The notes below the pieces were generated by a model. That model ran no database searches and had not been told where the DNA came from. It saw only the letters and a program-made list of their open reading frames with translations. A DNA stretch of 61,861 nucleotides, the filler included, from Syncephalis fuscata S228 (lineage: Eukaryota > Fungi > Zoopagomycota), in assembly GCA_025786725.1 (NCBI GenBank). It is 5 parts of 5 records of this genome, joined end to end, with 100 filler letters (N's around TTAATTAATTAA, not from the genome) between each part and the next. Parts side by side here need not be neighbours in the genome. Positions count along the whole stretch, not along the records: positions 41,073 to 54,383 come from JAHLTZ010000250.1; positions 54,484 to 61,861 come from JAHLTZ010000323.1; 3 more parts are not named here. One strand, 5' to 3'. The position numbers and the translations under genes are program-made. Below, piece by piece: positions 50,601 through 61,861 of this stretch. The first letter of the stretch is position 1; every line of letters starts with the position of its first letter.

Positions 50601-51986
50601 CCAGCGACAGTATCTAGATGAGTTGGGTGAACAGGTTCATCTATTTGAACTACAAGGCTTTCTATTCTTTGGCACAGTCAATGCACTTGAAGAGACTGTA
50701 GAACGTATTGTTACTGGGAAGGCGGCACAGCTTTCAGACCAAACAACACTACCTGTTGAACCACACAGGGCATCACATACAGCACTAGGACCTATAGCTC
50801 GATTTATTATTATGGACTTTTCACTAGTAACTGGCCTTGACTTTAGTGCTGCTGAAGCATTGGTACGTGTTAAACGTGTCCTCGCCTCCAACGATGTATG
50901 CCTCGTCGTAGCCGGTGTAGCTGCAGACTCAGACATTGGCCATGCCTTGCAATCAGTCGGCCTATGGGGCGGCACCCGATTAGATGTGTATGTACAAAAT
51001 GCCCGTACTGCTCAACAAGCCATGGAATGGTGTGAGAATCAATTACTTAAATGTTATTACGATCATGCCGAAGAGCTTAATAACGTGTTACGACCACCGC
51101 CTGTTGACCCAATTATGATGCAATTAAGTAATTCGCGTCAAGCTGAGGGTAAGAGCATCTAATTACTGTATTCAATAGATGTATTATAACAGTGTTTACA
51201 GATACAGATAATGAACCACTCCAATTCGGTATGATGACCCCTCGAACCGAAATGATTGCCGAGGCTGCTCGCTATCTACTACCCGATGATACTGCTTCTA
51301 CTATAGATGATCAAGGACGGACGGGCAATACACCAAGGGCCCTTTTATGTATGGCATTGGCTAGAGATTTACGGTCATCTACTATTTTGCCACAAGATTT
51401 GATGAATGATACTAATGGCGATGACGATAATCTTGATAATCCACTAGACTTTGAATCGATAGCATTAAATACTATTGCTATGTCATTTACACGTTGTTTC
51501 TTACGACGTGGACAAATTGTATGGCAGGCCGATTCAATTCCTGACTCAATCTATTTACTCGACCGTGGTACATTAGTGCTACTAGAAAATACGGATACAC
51601 AACAACAACAACCTCCATCGTATGAACAATCAATTAGTGCACAGCCATTAAACTATAATGCTATTAGTACTATCCATGAACATCAATCATATAGACATAA
51701 TAGCAGTAGTGGTACATTTGATGTGCAATATGATCCACTACAAGCAATTAGTCGAGGTGAAGCAACTGTAGTCGAAACTATTCTACCTGGTGCTTTAACC
51801 GGCAGTGCTGGTCTTATTACAGGAAGACCATCTCCCTACCATTTAGTAGCTGATTCCGATGCTACTGTATGGCGTTTATCAGCCACTGCTTATCGTCAAC
51901 TATGCCATCAACATCCTAATATAGCACTATGGCTTGTATCGTCCCTTATGACTCTCCACACAGGTGATAGGTTTGTGCGGCATTAA
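47676..51986 (+). CDS. VSB1: SLC26/SulP transporter with STAS and cNMP-binding domains (VSB1/YGR125W-like)
   Basis: ILHVPINVPAL, ELLAHGVSN, YLVYSNSVLFIRCGG, LQGFLFFGT, MDFSLVTGLDFSAAEA, AMEWCENQLL, C-terminal cNMP fold; apparent 1-nt deletions near 49384 and 49470. Confidence 0.88.
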
Positions 51987-53018
51987 ATATATGTACATAC
52001 ATCAATAGATGGGTGTTTTATTAATCTAAAATTGTAAATAAATAGTCAATAATAATAATAATAATAGATAGTAATGAACTAATTAATTAGTTAATAAATC
52101 TAAAAGAGTAATAGTTTATTATTAGTTAATCGTTTCCACTTGTAATTACTTGTCTTTTTGTTTATCATTTGAAACACTTTTAACACATGACCGTTATTAT
52201 TATAATTATTATAATTCTACAAATTAATAAACACCAATTTGTTATCTTTAATCTCGCCTTTATCTTTCTTTCATGCTTTTATTCTCTTCATTCCAATCTG
52301 CACTTACTTGATTGTTATTAACATTGTTCATTACAAACGCATACATACACGTACTACTTTTACTACTACTACTACTACTACTTGCTGTTTCTCCTTTCCT
52401 CTCAATCTAGCGGTCTTTTGCCTTTCATACTCTATTCAACGCCTGGCCAAGACTATTTCAACTCTCATCTCCTATTCATCGTTTTATTTGTCTGTCGTTT
52501 ACTTTTCTGTCGTTAACCTATTCATTTGCACGTCTATAAGCATCTTGCCACGAAGTAGGCAGACGGACACTGTATGCATTGATACAAGGTGACTTGCCAT
52601 ACCTAGCAGTCACTCATCTTGCTTTTCTACGCACTCGTGTTATTCTTAACGCTGGCGTGACTCATTACGCAATATTTACCACTTTTTCGTCTTTTCTTCT
52701 ACACCTCACTGTTACCTACCACGACTGCTGCACGATCGGTTGGCGTATTGTGACTCTTAATATACTATTCTAACTGGTTTTTGTCATAAGAATCTATCTA
52801 TCTATCTATCTATTTACCTATTATCGTTGCGTTTTCTTTTTTTCTGTTGTTCGTTTCTGTATTACCCCTCTGTTGTCATTAACTTCACGTTTATTGTACG
52901 GCAGTCTGTACATGCAGTGGTGCTATTTGTGTATTGGTATTAGTCAATAAGCAGTCATTGGGTATTGGCCACTCTGATCGGTAGTGGCAGCCTATGTGAC
53001 TTTATTGCGCTCATTTAA

Positions 53019-54383
53019 ATGGCTCATCAGCAGGAATCGGAACGACGGGCCAGCCGGAGACGTGAACATGTCAATGGGCCTGTTCTGGTAGGCGACTATA
53101 TTGTCGGTTCCGAGATTGGCCGTGGTGCAACGGTGTATAAAGGTCGTCATCGAGTAAGTAGTAAAAGTTATGGCTATTCAATAGCTAATAGTAATTTATT
53201 TGTAGAATAACGGACAGCGAGTGGCTGTTAAAGCAGTATCACGGTCAAAATTAACGAAAAAGCTATTGGAAAACCTTGAAGCAGAAATTAAGATATTGAA
53301 ATCAGTACGCCATGATCATGTTGTGCATTTATTCGATTGCCAAGTAAGTTATAGTTGTATTAATGCTAATAATGATTGCTGCTGTAAAGTATGTTAATTA
53401 ACACCATTGGTACTATTAGAAATCAGAAAGACATATTTACTTGATTATGGAGTATTGTTCGTTGGGCGATTTAACAGATTTTATTAAACGGCGTGCCGAT
53501 CGTGTTGGACTTCGAGGTGCAGCAGGTGGTCTAAAGGAGCCTGTAGTTCGACATTTTTTTTCCAATTAGGCCGTGCTTTAGAGTTTCTGCGTTCTAAGAA
53601 TCTGATTCATCGTGATATAAAGCCACAGAATCTATTATTGCTTCCCAATCCATTGGCCGATTCAAGTGAAAGTGGCAATCCAATGGAGGCGTTGCCAACG
53701 TTAAAGATAGCAGATTTTGGATTTGCTCGTTTCTTGCCCTCACAATCATTGGCAGAAACGTTGTGTGGCTCGCCACTTTACATGGCACCCGAAATTCTTC
53801 GCTATGAAAAATACGACGCCAAAGCCGATCTATGGAGTGTGGGTGCCGTATTGTATGAAATGTGCTGTGGCCGACCACCTTTCCGTGCCCATAATCATAT
53901 TGAATTGCTGCATCGTATTGAAAAGAAAGCGGATAATATTTCATTTCCAGAAGATAGAGAGCCACCAGAGAATGGCGTGGTAAGTTTAATAAAGGCTATA
54001 AATAGGCAAGATAGAATAAATAACCATGTTTATTATAATAGCGTCCAGTTATTGCCGATGATATCAAAGACTTGATTCGTAAACTATTAAAACGTAATCC
54101 TGTTGAACGAATATCCTTTGAAGAGTTTTTTTTGCATCCATGTGTCGTAGGACATGCAGCAACAACGGTAGCCAGACCGATTGGTACTGGTAAGAAATAG
54201 CTAGCTAGCTACTAATTAATAGTAAACTAACAGCGGCAATAGGCCCCATTACACTAGCTGCTGAAGCATTTGCATTAAAACAACGAGAAAAGTTGCACGA
54301 TGCTACCCAAACATTGGCCGATGTGGCAAGACGACCTAGCAATCTTCAACACAATGAATATCACTACTGCCATGGAAGCACTT
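53019..54383 (+). CDS. ATG1: Atg1/ULK Ser/Thr kinase, 5' part truncated by the linker
   Basis: [77 protein letters not shown]; frameshift in the T8 run at 53554-53561. Confidence 0.95.
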
Positions 54384-54483
54384 NNNNNNNNNNNNNNNNN
54401 NNNNNNNNNNNNNNNNNNNNNNNNNNNTTAATTAATTAANNNNNNNNNNNNNNNNNNNNNNNNNNNNNNNNNNNNNNNNNNNN
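54384..54483. other. Artificial linker
   Basis: N44-TTAATTAATTAA-N44. Confidence 0.97.
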
Positions 54484-55387
54484 GTGGCAGATGCCTTTGA
54501 AGAAGGTTTAAGCTCAATGCAGCGAGTAAATTCTACTTGTAGCGTTATGATTAATAAACTAATAATATCACTATTAATAACCGTTTTAAAACAAAAAGTA
54601 GTCATGAACATTTTACATACCATTCTATCAAAATTACATCTAAAGTATGAACCGTAAATAAATTAAATACTGCTATCATAGCAAATATCAAGCGTATTGA
54701 TAAACTGCTAAATATTGCAATGAGTCCCTTAGTAGTAAGCTTGTTCCATTTAAATCCACAGCAGCGAGCATTGCTTCGATAAACAGTATAAACGAATGCA
54801 AGAAGAAATAGATCGGCTACAAATTCGGTGATAAATCGTATAAAAAGCACGACAGTAGGAAATTTTAAATAACATACTCCTGAGGGACCAAAATCATCTT
54901 CAGCTGTTTGCCAATAATACAAATAGACACCAATGCATGTTAGAACACAAAATACACCAGCTATAACCGGCTTTCTACAGCGATTATACACTAGATAAGT
55001 GTATTGTATCATAAAAACGCCACTGGTAATAGAGTTGATGCCGATATAAATAAGCCCAGCCTTCCCGATTAAATAGCATGATGGCCCATTTAAGAGTAAA
55101 AATGCTGAAAAGTTAAAGCCAATCACGGCAGCAGTACCGGTAAGACACGATATCGTACAGAATATAGCTGCAAATTTATGGCGGTTTGTATATAAGCACG
55201 GTAGGATACGAAATAAATTACGTAAAAATATCATAAACATCAATGCATTTATAACATTTGCTACAGCCAAGCTTTTGTAGCATGAGCGAGTACGCTCCAT
55301 ACTAGTATAGCATTTTTGCAAGTACTCATTTATATTCAAGTAAGGAGTAGCCGTGTCAGATGAAGGCATTTTGTTGGAATTGGTCAT
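54484..55387 (-). CDS. 7TM GPCR-like protein, class 2, array copy 1 (3' end truncated)
   Basis: Seven TM segments; Cys at the top of TM3 and in ECL2; phase-2 intron in the EW codon. Confidence 0.85.
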
Positions 55388-55751
55388 TAAATTGCTTGGG
55401 ATATTTAGTTGGTCGGTAAAGGTATATAATAACATTATATATTTAGATACATTAGCACAATTAGTTGGCGATTAATTACACTTTACGCCTTGGCTTATGT
55501 TTCAAAAAGAAAAGTTGCGTAAAAGGAAATGCAACCAAATACGGGGTACATGTTCGACCACTATACCATGATGTTTGAACCGAAACAACAAATGGCTTGA
55601 TTTGGCAAATAGCCTAGTGTTAAAAATATTTCTGTGTCACACTAATGTAGCAAAAATATTTTGGTTTTATATTATAGACATTCCGCTACCTTATTGCTAT
55701 TTTCCAATAATCCTGTAGCGCCAAAATGTTACACTGATATCGACACCATCT

Positions 55752-56507
55752 ATGGGATCCATTAATAGTAAATTATTATCAAATGGCAAAAAAGAAGGCC
55801 GTGTTTGGGTCACCACGCCTTCTCCAGACATGGAGCGCTCTGTGTCGTGCCCAGAAACAGTCTCAGTAGACAATACAGTTGAAGTAGATGAACCAAAGTC
55901 GTCATTATTTAAAAAAACCCGTTGGCAGTTTTGTCGCTTCAAAAAACCATTGTCAAAGCATTGGGTTGCTGCGCGTGCAAGCGACTACAACAACGATAGT
56001 CGCTCTCCATCTATTGTTCCAGCGGCTTATCAGGCAGAAGATTGGGCTTCAAGCAATCTATCTCCCAACAGATCATTTGCGAGCTCGGACGACAGCAGTA
56101 TTGGTAACGACCCTGAAATGGACGCATGGAGACCACACTCACATGAGCGCAGGTCTATGCAATTTGTCAGTGCCGATGACCTATTTCGGCCAAAAACTAA
56201 GCCGGTAAAGCGTCGCTCTTCCACAAGCACACTGAATGAAAGTCTAGGCCACGATGACCATCTGTCCATTATTCAAGAAAATACCTCAATAACACATTCG
56301 AAAATACCACTTGAGCGTTGCGAATTTGCATTGTTCAAACCCGAAACCGTTCTTCCAGCACAGCAAGTTAGTGTGCCGCAACTGGCCTCAGCATCTTTAT
56401 TCGGAGGTCCGCCTATTGTCACACCCAACATACAATGGCAAACTGCACACGCACCTGCGGATATGACACTTCCGAAGTTGTCCGAATCGCCTGGTATTTC
56501 AATGTAG
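55752..56507 (+). CDS. Ser-rich hypothetical protein, divergent partner gene, copy 1
   Basis: 251-aa ORF, repeated in each array unit. Confidence 0.65.
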   Translation: MGSINSKLLSNGKKEGRVWVTTPSPDMERSVSCPETVSVDNTVEVDEPKSSLFKKTRWQFCRFKKPLSKHWVAARASDYNNDSRSPSIVPAAYQAEDWASSNLSPNRSFASSDDSSIGNDPEMDAWRPHSHERRSMQFVSADDLFRPKTKPVKRRSSTSTLNESLGHDDHLSIIQENTSITHSKIPLERCEFALFKPETVLPAQQVSVPQLASASLFGGPPIVTPNIQWQTAHAPADMTLPKLSESPGISM

Positions 56508-57050
56508 GTCACAGGAGAAACTATTTGGTGAATAGCTAAGTTAGCGTGTTTAGTGCTTATGTTTCAGGTTTGCTTTTGCACTGCATGCTTGGTGGCGAGT
56601 ATATGGCGCCACTTCGACGACCTCGAACAATACTAGATGTATGTCTACGTGATTGCATCTGGATGCAGGTAGGTTAAATATGCTAAGCAAATTGTATATT
56701 CGCTACAACATGTGTAGAAAATGGCATTATCATTTCCAAAATGTAGAATTATTGGTAGCAGTTCCGTAAAATACTACATAGGGGCTGCTTGTACCCTCCC
56801 ACTAAATTGCCAAATTGTTTTCCAAAACTCACTTGATGGTAAGTATCAAAATAGATTATAAACGACGTTTCATGTAACTTTATGTAATAGATTTGCCAAT
56901 AGCCACTGATAGCATCGACTATATTCACCAACAAATGAACGTATTTTATTAAAAAAAAATTAATTTACCAATACACTTAACCGACTATCAATTTATACAG
57001 CATTGATGATAGCATGATTTACGTGCAGTGTGATTAAACTTGTACATTTA

Positions 57051-58067
57051 TTATCTTATGCGAAGGAGTTCAATAAAAGATGATACCCTGTTGATGGTAG
57101 TATTGTTTCGAGTAGTCAAATAAAGAGAAAACCTGGTTGGATTAGCACGACTGGCACATGTAGTTGTGGCAGATGCATCTGAAGAAAGTTCAAGCTCGAT
57201 GCAACGAGTAAATTCTACTTGTAGTGTTAGAACTAGCAACCTAATAGCATTACTATTAACAACTATGTTTAAAAATAGCAAAACTTTACTTTTTACTTAC
57301 CATTCTACCAAAACCATAACTGAGGTATAGTTTCCCAACAAATTAAAGCTTGTTATAATAGCAGATATCAAGCGTATTGACAAACTGCTAAATATTGCAA
57401 TGAGCCCCTTAATCGTAAGTTTTTTCCATTGAAATCCACGACAACGAGCAGTATTTCGATAAACAACATAAATGAATGCAAGAAGAAATAGATCGGCCAC
57501 AAATTCAACAATAAATCGTAGAAAAGGGACGATATTAGGAATAATTGCATGGCATACTCCTGATGAGCTACGATTATTTTTGATTAATGACCAATAATAA
57601 CAATAGACACCGATGCATGTTAAAACACCAAGTGCACCAACTATAACTGGTGTTTTACTGCGGTTATATACTAGGTAGATGTATTGCATCATAAAAACGC
57701 CACTAGTAATAGAATTGATAATGAGACAAACAAGTATTGCATTTTTGGCTAAATGGCACGATGAGTCGCTTAGAAGTAAAAAAACTGAGAATCTAAATCC
57801 AACCAAATCTACAATACCAGTAAGACACGATATCGTACAACATATGGCTGCAAGTTTATGACGACCAGTATGCAAGCATGGCATAATACGAAAAAGATTG
57901 CGTACAAATATCATAAACATCAATGTATATATAACAATTGATATAGCCAGTCTTTTATAGCATGAACGAGTATGTTCCATACTAGTATAGCATTTTTGGA
58001 AGTATTCAAACGCATTTAATCGATCTGTGGTGGTACTAAGTGGATGCATTTTGTTAAAACTGGCCAT
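57051..58067 (-). CDS. 7TM GPCR-like protein, class 2, array copy 2 (intron 57241-57300)
   Basis: GAATG|GTAAGT...TAG|GTTG splicing gives ...VEWLLVLTLQVEF...RIR*. Confidence 0.88.
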
Positions 58068-58429
58068 TAAAATTGTTTAAAATATTTAGTTGGTTGGCAA
58101 AGATATGCAATGGTATTATATATCCGGGTATATTAGCACACTTAGCTGATCATTAACTAAAGCTTTACAGATTGGTTCATGTTTCATAGACAATGCAGTA
58201 TAAGGGGCAAATACTCCAAATACGGAATGTATATCCGGCCAATACACTATGATGTATAAATTGAAACAATAAATGGCCTGATTTTGCACATTACCATTAT
58301 GTTAAAAATACTTGTGTCACATTATTGTAACATAAATGGCTCGGTTTTACACCATAGGCACGCTGTTATGCTGTTACCTTCTCAATAACCCTGTGCTACC
58401 AGCATGTTACATAAATACTGATACTATCT

Positions 58430-59180
58430 ATGAAATCTGTTAATAGTAAATTATTATCAAGTGGCAAGAAAGAGTGCCGTGTTTGGGTCATGTCCTTTCT
58501 AAACATGGGGGTGTTCTGTGTTTTGTCCAAAGATAGCTTTATTGATAATACAAATGAAGTAAATGAATCAAAGTTGTCTTTATTTAGAAAACCCCGTTAG
58601 CAATTTTATTGCTTCAAAAATCTATTAGCAAAGCATTGGGCTGCAGTGTGTGCAAGTGACTACAACAACAATAGTCGCTCTCCGTTCATTGTCCCAACTA
58701 ATAATCAAGCAGAAAATTAAGCCTCAAGCAACCTATTTTTTAAGAATTATTTGTGAGCTCAAACGACAGTAATATTTATAATGGGCCTAAGACAGATGCG
58801 TAAAAACCAAACTTATATAAGCGCAGGTCTATAAAATTTGTTAGTTTTTGGTTGAAATAAATTATTTGCATCAAACTAGTAAAGCGCCATTTTTCCATAA
58901 GCACACAAACAATGGTTTAAATTATGATTATTATTTGTTTATTATTCAAGAAAATACCTCAATAACACATTCGAAAATACCACTTGAGCGTTGCGAATTT
59001 GCACTGTTCAAACCTGAAACCGTTCTTCCAGCACAGCAAGTTAGTGTGCCGCAACTGGCCTCAGCATCTTTATTCGGAGGTCCGCCTATTGTCACACCCA
59101 ACATACAATGGCAAACTGCACACGCACCTGCGGATATGACACTTCCGAAGTTGTCCGAATCGCCTGGTATTTCAATGTAG
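58430..59180 (+). pseudogene. Partner gene copy 2: 5' part degenerate, 3' part nearly identical to copy 1
   Basis: Stops (for example TGG>TAG/TAA) and indels in 58430-58940; near identity resumes at 58941. Confidence 0.85.
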
Positions 59181-59722
59181 GTCACAGGAGAAACTATTTG
59201 GTGAATAGCTAAGTTAGCGTGTTTAGTGCTTATGTTTCAGGTTTGCTTTTGCACTGCATGCTTGGTGGCGAGTATATGGCGCCACTTCGACGACCTCGAA
59301 CAATACTAGATGTATGTCTACGTGATTGCATCTGGATGCAGGTAGGTTAAATATGCTAAGCAAATTGTATATTCGCTACAACATGTGTAGAAAATGGCAT
59401 TATCATTTCCAAAATGTAGAATTATTGGTAGCAGTTCCGTAAAATACTACATAGGGGCTGCTTGTATCCTCTCACTAAATTGCCAAATTGTTTTCCAAAA
59501 CTCACTTGATGGTAAGTATCAAAATAGATTATAAACGACGTTTCATGTAACTTTATGTAATAGATTTATTAATAGCCACTGATAGCATCGACTATATTCA
59601 CCAACAAATGAACGTATTTTATTAAAAAAAATTAATTTACCAATACACTTAACCGACTATCAATTTATACAGCATTGATGATAGCATGATTTACGTGCAG
59701 TGTGATTAAACTTGTACATTTA

Positions 59723-60739
59723 TTATCTTATGCGAAGGAGTTCAATAAAAGATGATACCCTGTTGATGGTAGTATTGTTTCGAGTAGTCAAATAAAGAGA
59801 AAACCTGGTTGGATTAGCACGACTGGCACATGTAGTTGTGGCAGATGCATCTGAAGAAAGTTCAAGCTCGATGCAACGAGTAAATTCTACTTGTAGTGTT
59901 AGAACTAGCAACCTAATAGCATTACTATTAACAACTATGTTTAAAAATAGCAAAACTTTACTTTTTACTTACCATTCTACCAAAACCATAACTGAGGTAT
60001 AATTTGCAAACAAATTAAAGCCTGTTATAATAGCGAATATCAAACGTATTGACAAATTAGTGAATATCGCAATAAGTCCTTTGATAGTAAGTTTGTTCCA
60101 TTGAAATCCACGACAACGAGCAGTATTTCGATAAACAACATAAATGAATGCAAAGGGAAATAGATCGATTACAAATTCTGTGATAAATCGTATAAAAGGG
60201 ACGATATTAGGAAAAAACGAATAGCATACTCCTCTGGGACTAAGTCCGCTTTTAATTGATGACCAATAATAAAAATAGACACCGGTGCATGTTAGAACAC
60301 CAAGTGTCCCAACTATAACTGGCGTTTTACAACGATTATATACTAGATAGGTGTATTGAATCATAAAAACGCCACTAGTAATGGAATTGATAACGATACC
60401 AATAAGCGCAGCCTTTCTGACTAAATAACATGATGGACCATTTGCAAGTAGAGATGTTGAGAATTTGAATCCAACTATATTTATAATACCAGTAAGACAC
60501 GATATCGTACAACATATGGCTGCAAGTTTATGACGACCAGTATACAAGCATGGCATAATACGAAAAAGATTGCGTATAAATATCATGAATATCAGCACAG
60601 TTATAAAAATTGATATAGTCGAGTTTTTGTAGCATGAACGAATGCGTTCCATACTAGTAGAACATTTTTGGAAGTGTTCAAATACATTTAATTGAGAAAT
60701 GGCGTTATCAAGTGGATGCATTCTGTTAAAACTGGCCAT
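59723..60739 (-). CDS. 7TM GPCR-like protein, class 2, array copy 3
   Basis: Same structure as copy 2, offset 2672 bp. Confidence 0.88.
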
Positions 60740-61158
60740 TAAAATTGTTTAAAATATTTAGTTGGTTGGCAAAGATATGCAATGGTATTATATATCCGGG
60801 TATATTAGCACGCTTAGCTGATCATTAACTAAAGCTTTACAGATTGGTTCATGTTTCATAGACAATGCAGTATAAGGGGCAAATACTCCAAATACGGAAT
60901 GTATATCCGGCCAATACACTATGATGCATAAATTGAAACAACACATAATTTAATTCGGCAAATAGCTACGATGTTAACAATATTTCTGTGTCACTTATTG
61001 TAACATAAATGGCTCGGTTTCACAGCACGGTATATTCGTTTTGCTTAGAACCTAAAGTCTCACTTTTGAGCTTTCACACCATAGGCATCCTGTTATCTTG
61101 TTACCTTTTTCCAATAATCCTGTAGCGCCAAAATGTTACACTGATATCGACACCATCT

Positions 61159-61861
61159 ATGGGATCCATTAATAGTAAATTATTATCAAATGGCAAAAAA
61201 GAAGGCCGTGTTTGGGTCACCACGCCTTCTCCAGACATGGAGCGCTCTGTGTCGTGCCCAGAAACAGTCTCAGTAGACAATACAGTTGAAGTAGATGAAC
61301 CAAAGTCGTCATTATTTAAAAAAACCCGTTGGCAGTTTTGTCGCTTCAAAAAACCATTGTCAAAGCATTGGGTTGCTGCGCGTGCAAGCGACTACAACAA
61401 CGATAGTCGCTCTCCATCTATTGTTCCAGCGGCTTATCAGGCAGAAGATTGGGCTTCAAGCAATCTATCTCCCAACAGATCATTTGCGAGCTCGGACGAC
61501 AGCAGTATTGGTAACGACCCTGAAATGGACGCATGGAGACCACACTCACATGAGCGCAGGTCTATGCAATTTGTCAGTGCCGATGACCTATTTCGGCCAA
61601 AAACTAAGCCGGTAAAGCGTCGCTCTTCCACAAGCACACTGAATGAAAGTCTAGGCCACGATGACCATCTGTCCATTATTCAAGAAAATACCTCAATAAC
61701 ACATTCGAAAATACCACTTGAGCGTTGCGAATTTGCATTGTTCAAACCCGAAACCGTTCTTCCAGCACAGCAAGTTAGTGTGCCGCAAACTGGCCTCAGC
61801 ATCTTTATTCGGAGGTCCGCCTATTGTCACACCCAACATACAATGGCAAACTGCACACGCA
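61159..61861 (+). CDS. Partner gene copy 3 (runs off window end)
   Basis: Essentially identical to 55752 onward; one extra A near 61788. Confidence 0.65.
   Translation, partial: MGSINSKLLSNGKKEGRVWVTTPSPDMERSVSCPETVSVDNTVEVDEPKSSLFKKTRWQFCRFKKPLSKHWVAARASDYNNDSRSPSIVPAAYQAEDWASSNLSPNRSFASSDDSSIGNDPEMDAWRPHSHERRSMQFVSADDLFRPKTKPVKRRSSTSTLNESLGHDDHLSIIQENTSITHSKIPLERCEFALFKPETVLPAQQVSVPQTGLSIFIRRSAYCHTQHTMANCTR

Noticed and set aside
15184-54483. Recurring TTAATTAATTAA palindrome within N runs
   Set aside because: Artificial six-frame-stop linker; no synteny can be inferred across it.

Overview
Eukaryotic, intron-rich, AT-rich fungal DNA. The gene repertoire, especially the expanded 7TM family, suggests an early-diverging fungus, probably a Syncephalis-like member of Zoopagomycota (inference). 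The window is five separate fragments (about 15.2, 12.6, 13.0, 13.3 and 7.4 kb) joined by artificial N44-TTAATTAATTAA-N44 linkers, so adjacency across linkers is not biological. Housekeeping genes: an ABCC transporter, augmin HAUS4, NDUFB9, PP2A B56/RTS1, Pbp1/ataxin-2, ELL, a VSB1-like SLC26-STAS-cNMP transporter and ATG1. Accessory content: two classes of orphan 7TM/GPCR-like genes; a ~2.67-kb tandem array in which the receptor's main exon is hypervariable inside near-identical flanks; two tRNA-derived SINEs with long TSDs and a shared, compensated 5' hairpin; ~860-bp inverted repeats enclosing a 7TM gene and ELL; 780-bp direct repeats enclosing a 7TM pseudogene; foldback/MITE relics; and a 6-Cys secreted peptide. 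Several conserved genes carry single-base deletions, most likely sequencing errors.
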